This document shows, piece after piece, positions 63,528-64,000 of a DNA stretch of 64,000 nt; within the stretch, counting starts at the first letter, position 1; every line of letters begins with the position of its first letter. The DNA is taken from NCBI RefSeq assembly GCF_963921235.1, contig NC_086110.1, positions 13,144,001 through 13,208,000 of the forward strand. Reading direction: 5' to 3'. This DNA comes from Mobula hypostoma. Lineage: Eukaryota. Both the position numbers and the translations under genes were made by a program. Under the pieces are notes generated by a model. It was not told the DNA's origin. It was given only the letters and a program-made list of their open reading frames with translations, and did not search any database.

Positions 63528-63821
63528 CTCCTCCAACTCCATTGGAAATTGTTCCTGTTGGAGGGTTTTCGTTTCCTCGAAAGCTCCTTTGTAAAACGGC
63601 TGCCTTCTACCCGGAGGAACTAGAAATCGTTTGGCAAAGAAATAACAAGCAAATTCGCACTGGAATAGAGAGTGTGAAAAACCGAAGCGTGGATGGCTTG
63701 TTCGAAGCTTTTCGTTTATTGGAATTCACGCAGTCTACTTGGGAAAAAGATGTTTACACCTGCCTGGTGTCGCATGGCTCCCTCACGGTGCCTGCCAGTT
63801 TCCGCTTCGTCCAGGACCAAG
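63528..63821 (+). CDS. Ig C1-set exon (intact) of the V-C1 gene; downstream exons lie outside the window
   Basis: Acceptor TTTTACTCAAG| and donor CAAG|GTAAGA; 294 bp, phase 1-1. Encodes APPTPLEI...LLCKTAAFYPEELEIVW...SVDGLF...W...YTCLVSHGSL, the C1-set signature (C-x4-FYP, W, YxCxVxH). Confidence 0.92.
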
Positions 63822-64000
63822 GTAAGATAGTGTCTTGATGAAGTCATGATGTTGGATCTCGGCCTTAAACGTCGACATTTTAGATCTGCCTGATCGGCTG
63901 AATTCCTCCATTTTATGTGTTATTCTGAATTTCAGCATGTCCAGAATCTTCTGTGCTCAATGTAAATGGAAGTCTTTACAAGTCATAGTTTGTGGGTTAA

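Overview
Eukaryotic, repeat-saturated vertebrate DNA. The CR1 3' tails and V-SINE point to a cartilaginous fish (shark/ray; inference). Most of 1-52.8 kb is nested, decayed transposable elements: Gmr1-like Gypsy LTR elements (integrase before RT), a second Gypsy lineage, L1-clade, CR1, RTE, Rex1/Babar and R4/Dong LINEs, a Tc1 transposon and a SINE. The dominant structure is a ~9.7-kb array of a 32-bp GC-rich unit (~300 copies). It lies inside a solo LTR with TG...CA ends and a TCCAC duplication, which is itself inserted in an L1 ORF2. The huge + strand ORFs at 9-16 kb are artefacts of this array. The only well-supported host gene is near the right end (+ strand): a leader exon, a germline-joined V(J)-type Ig exon with an apparent 1-bp frameshift, and a C1-set Ig exon, continuing beyond the window. 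A few weaker candidate exons lie at 55-58 kb. No rRNA, tRNA gene or CRISPR array was seen. All comparisons were made by eye; no database searches were run.
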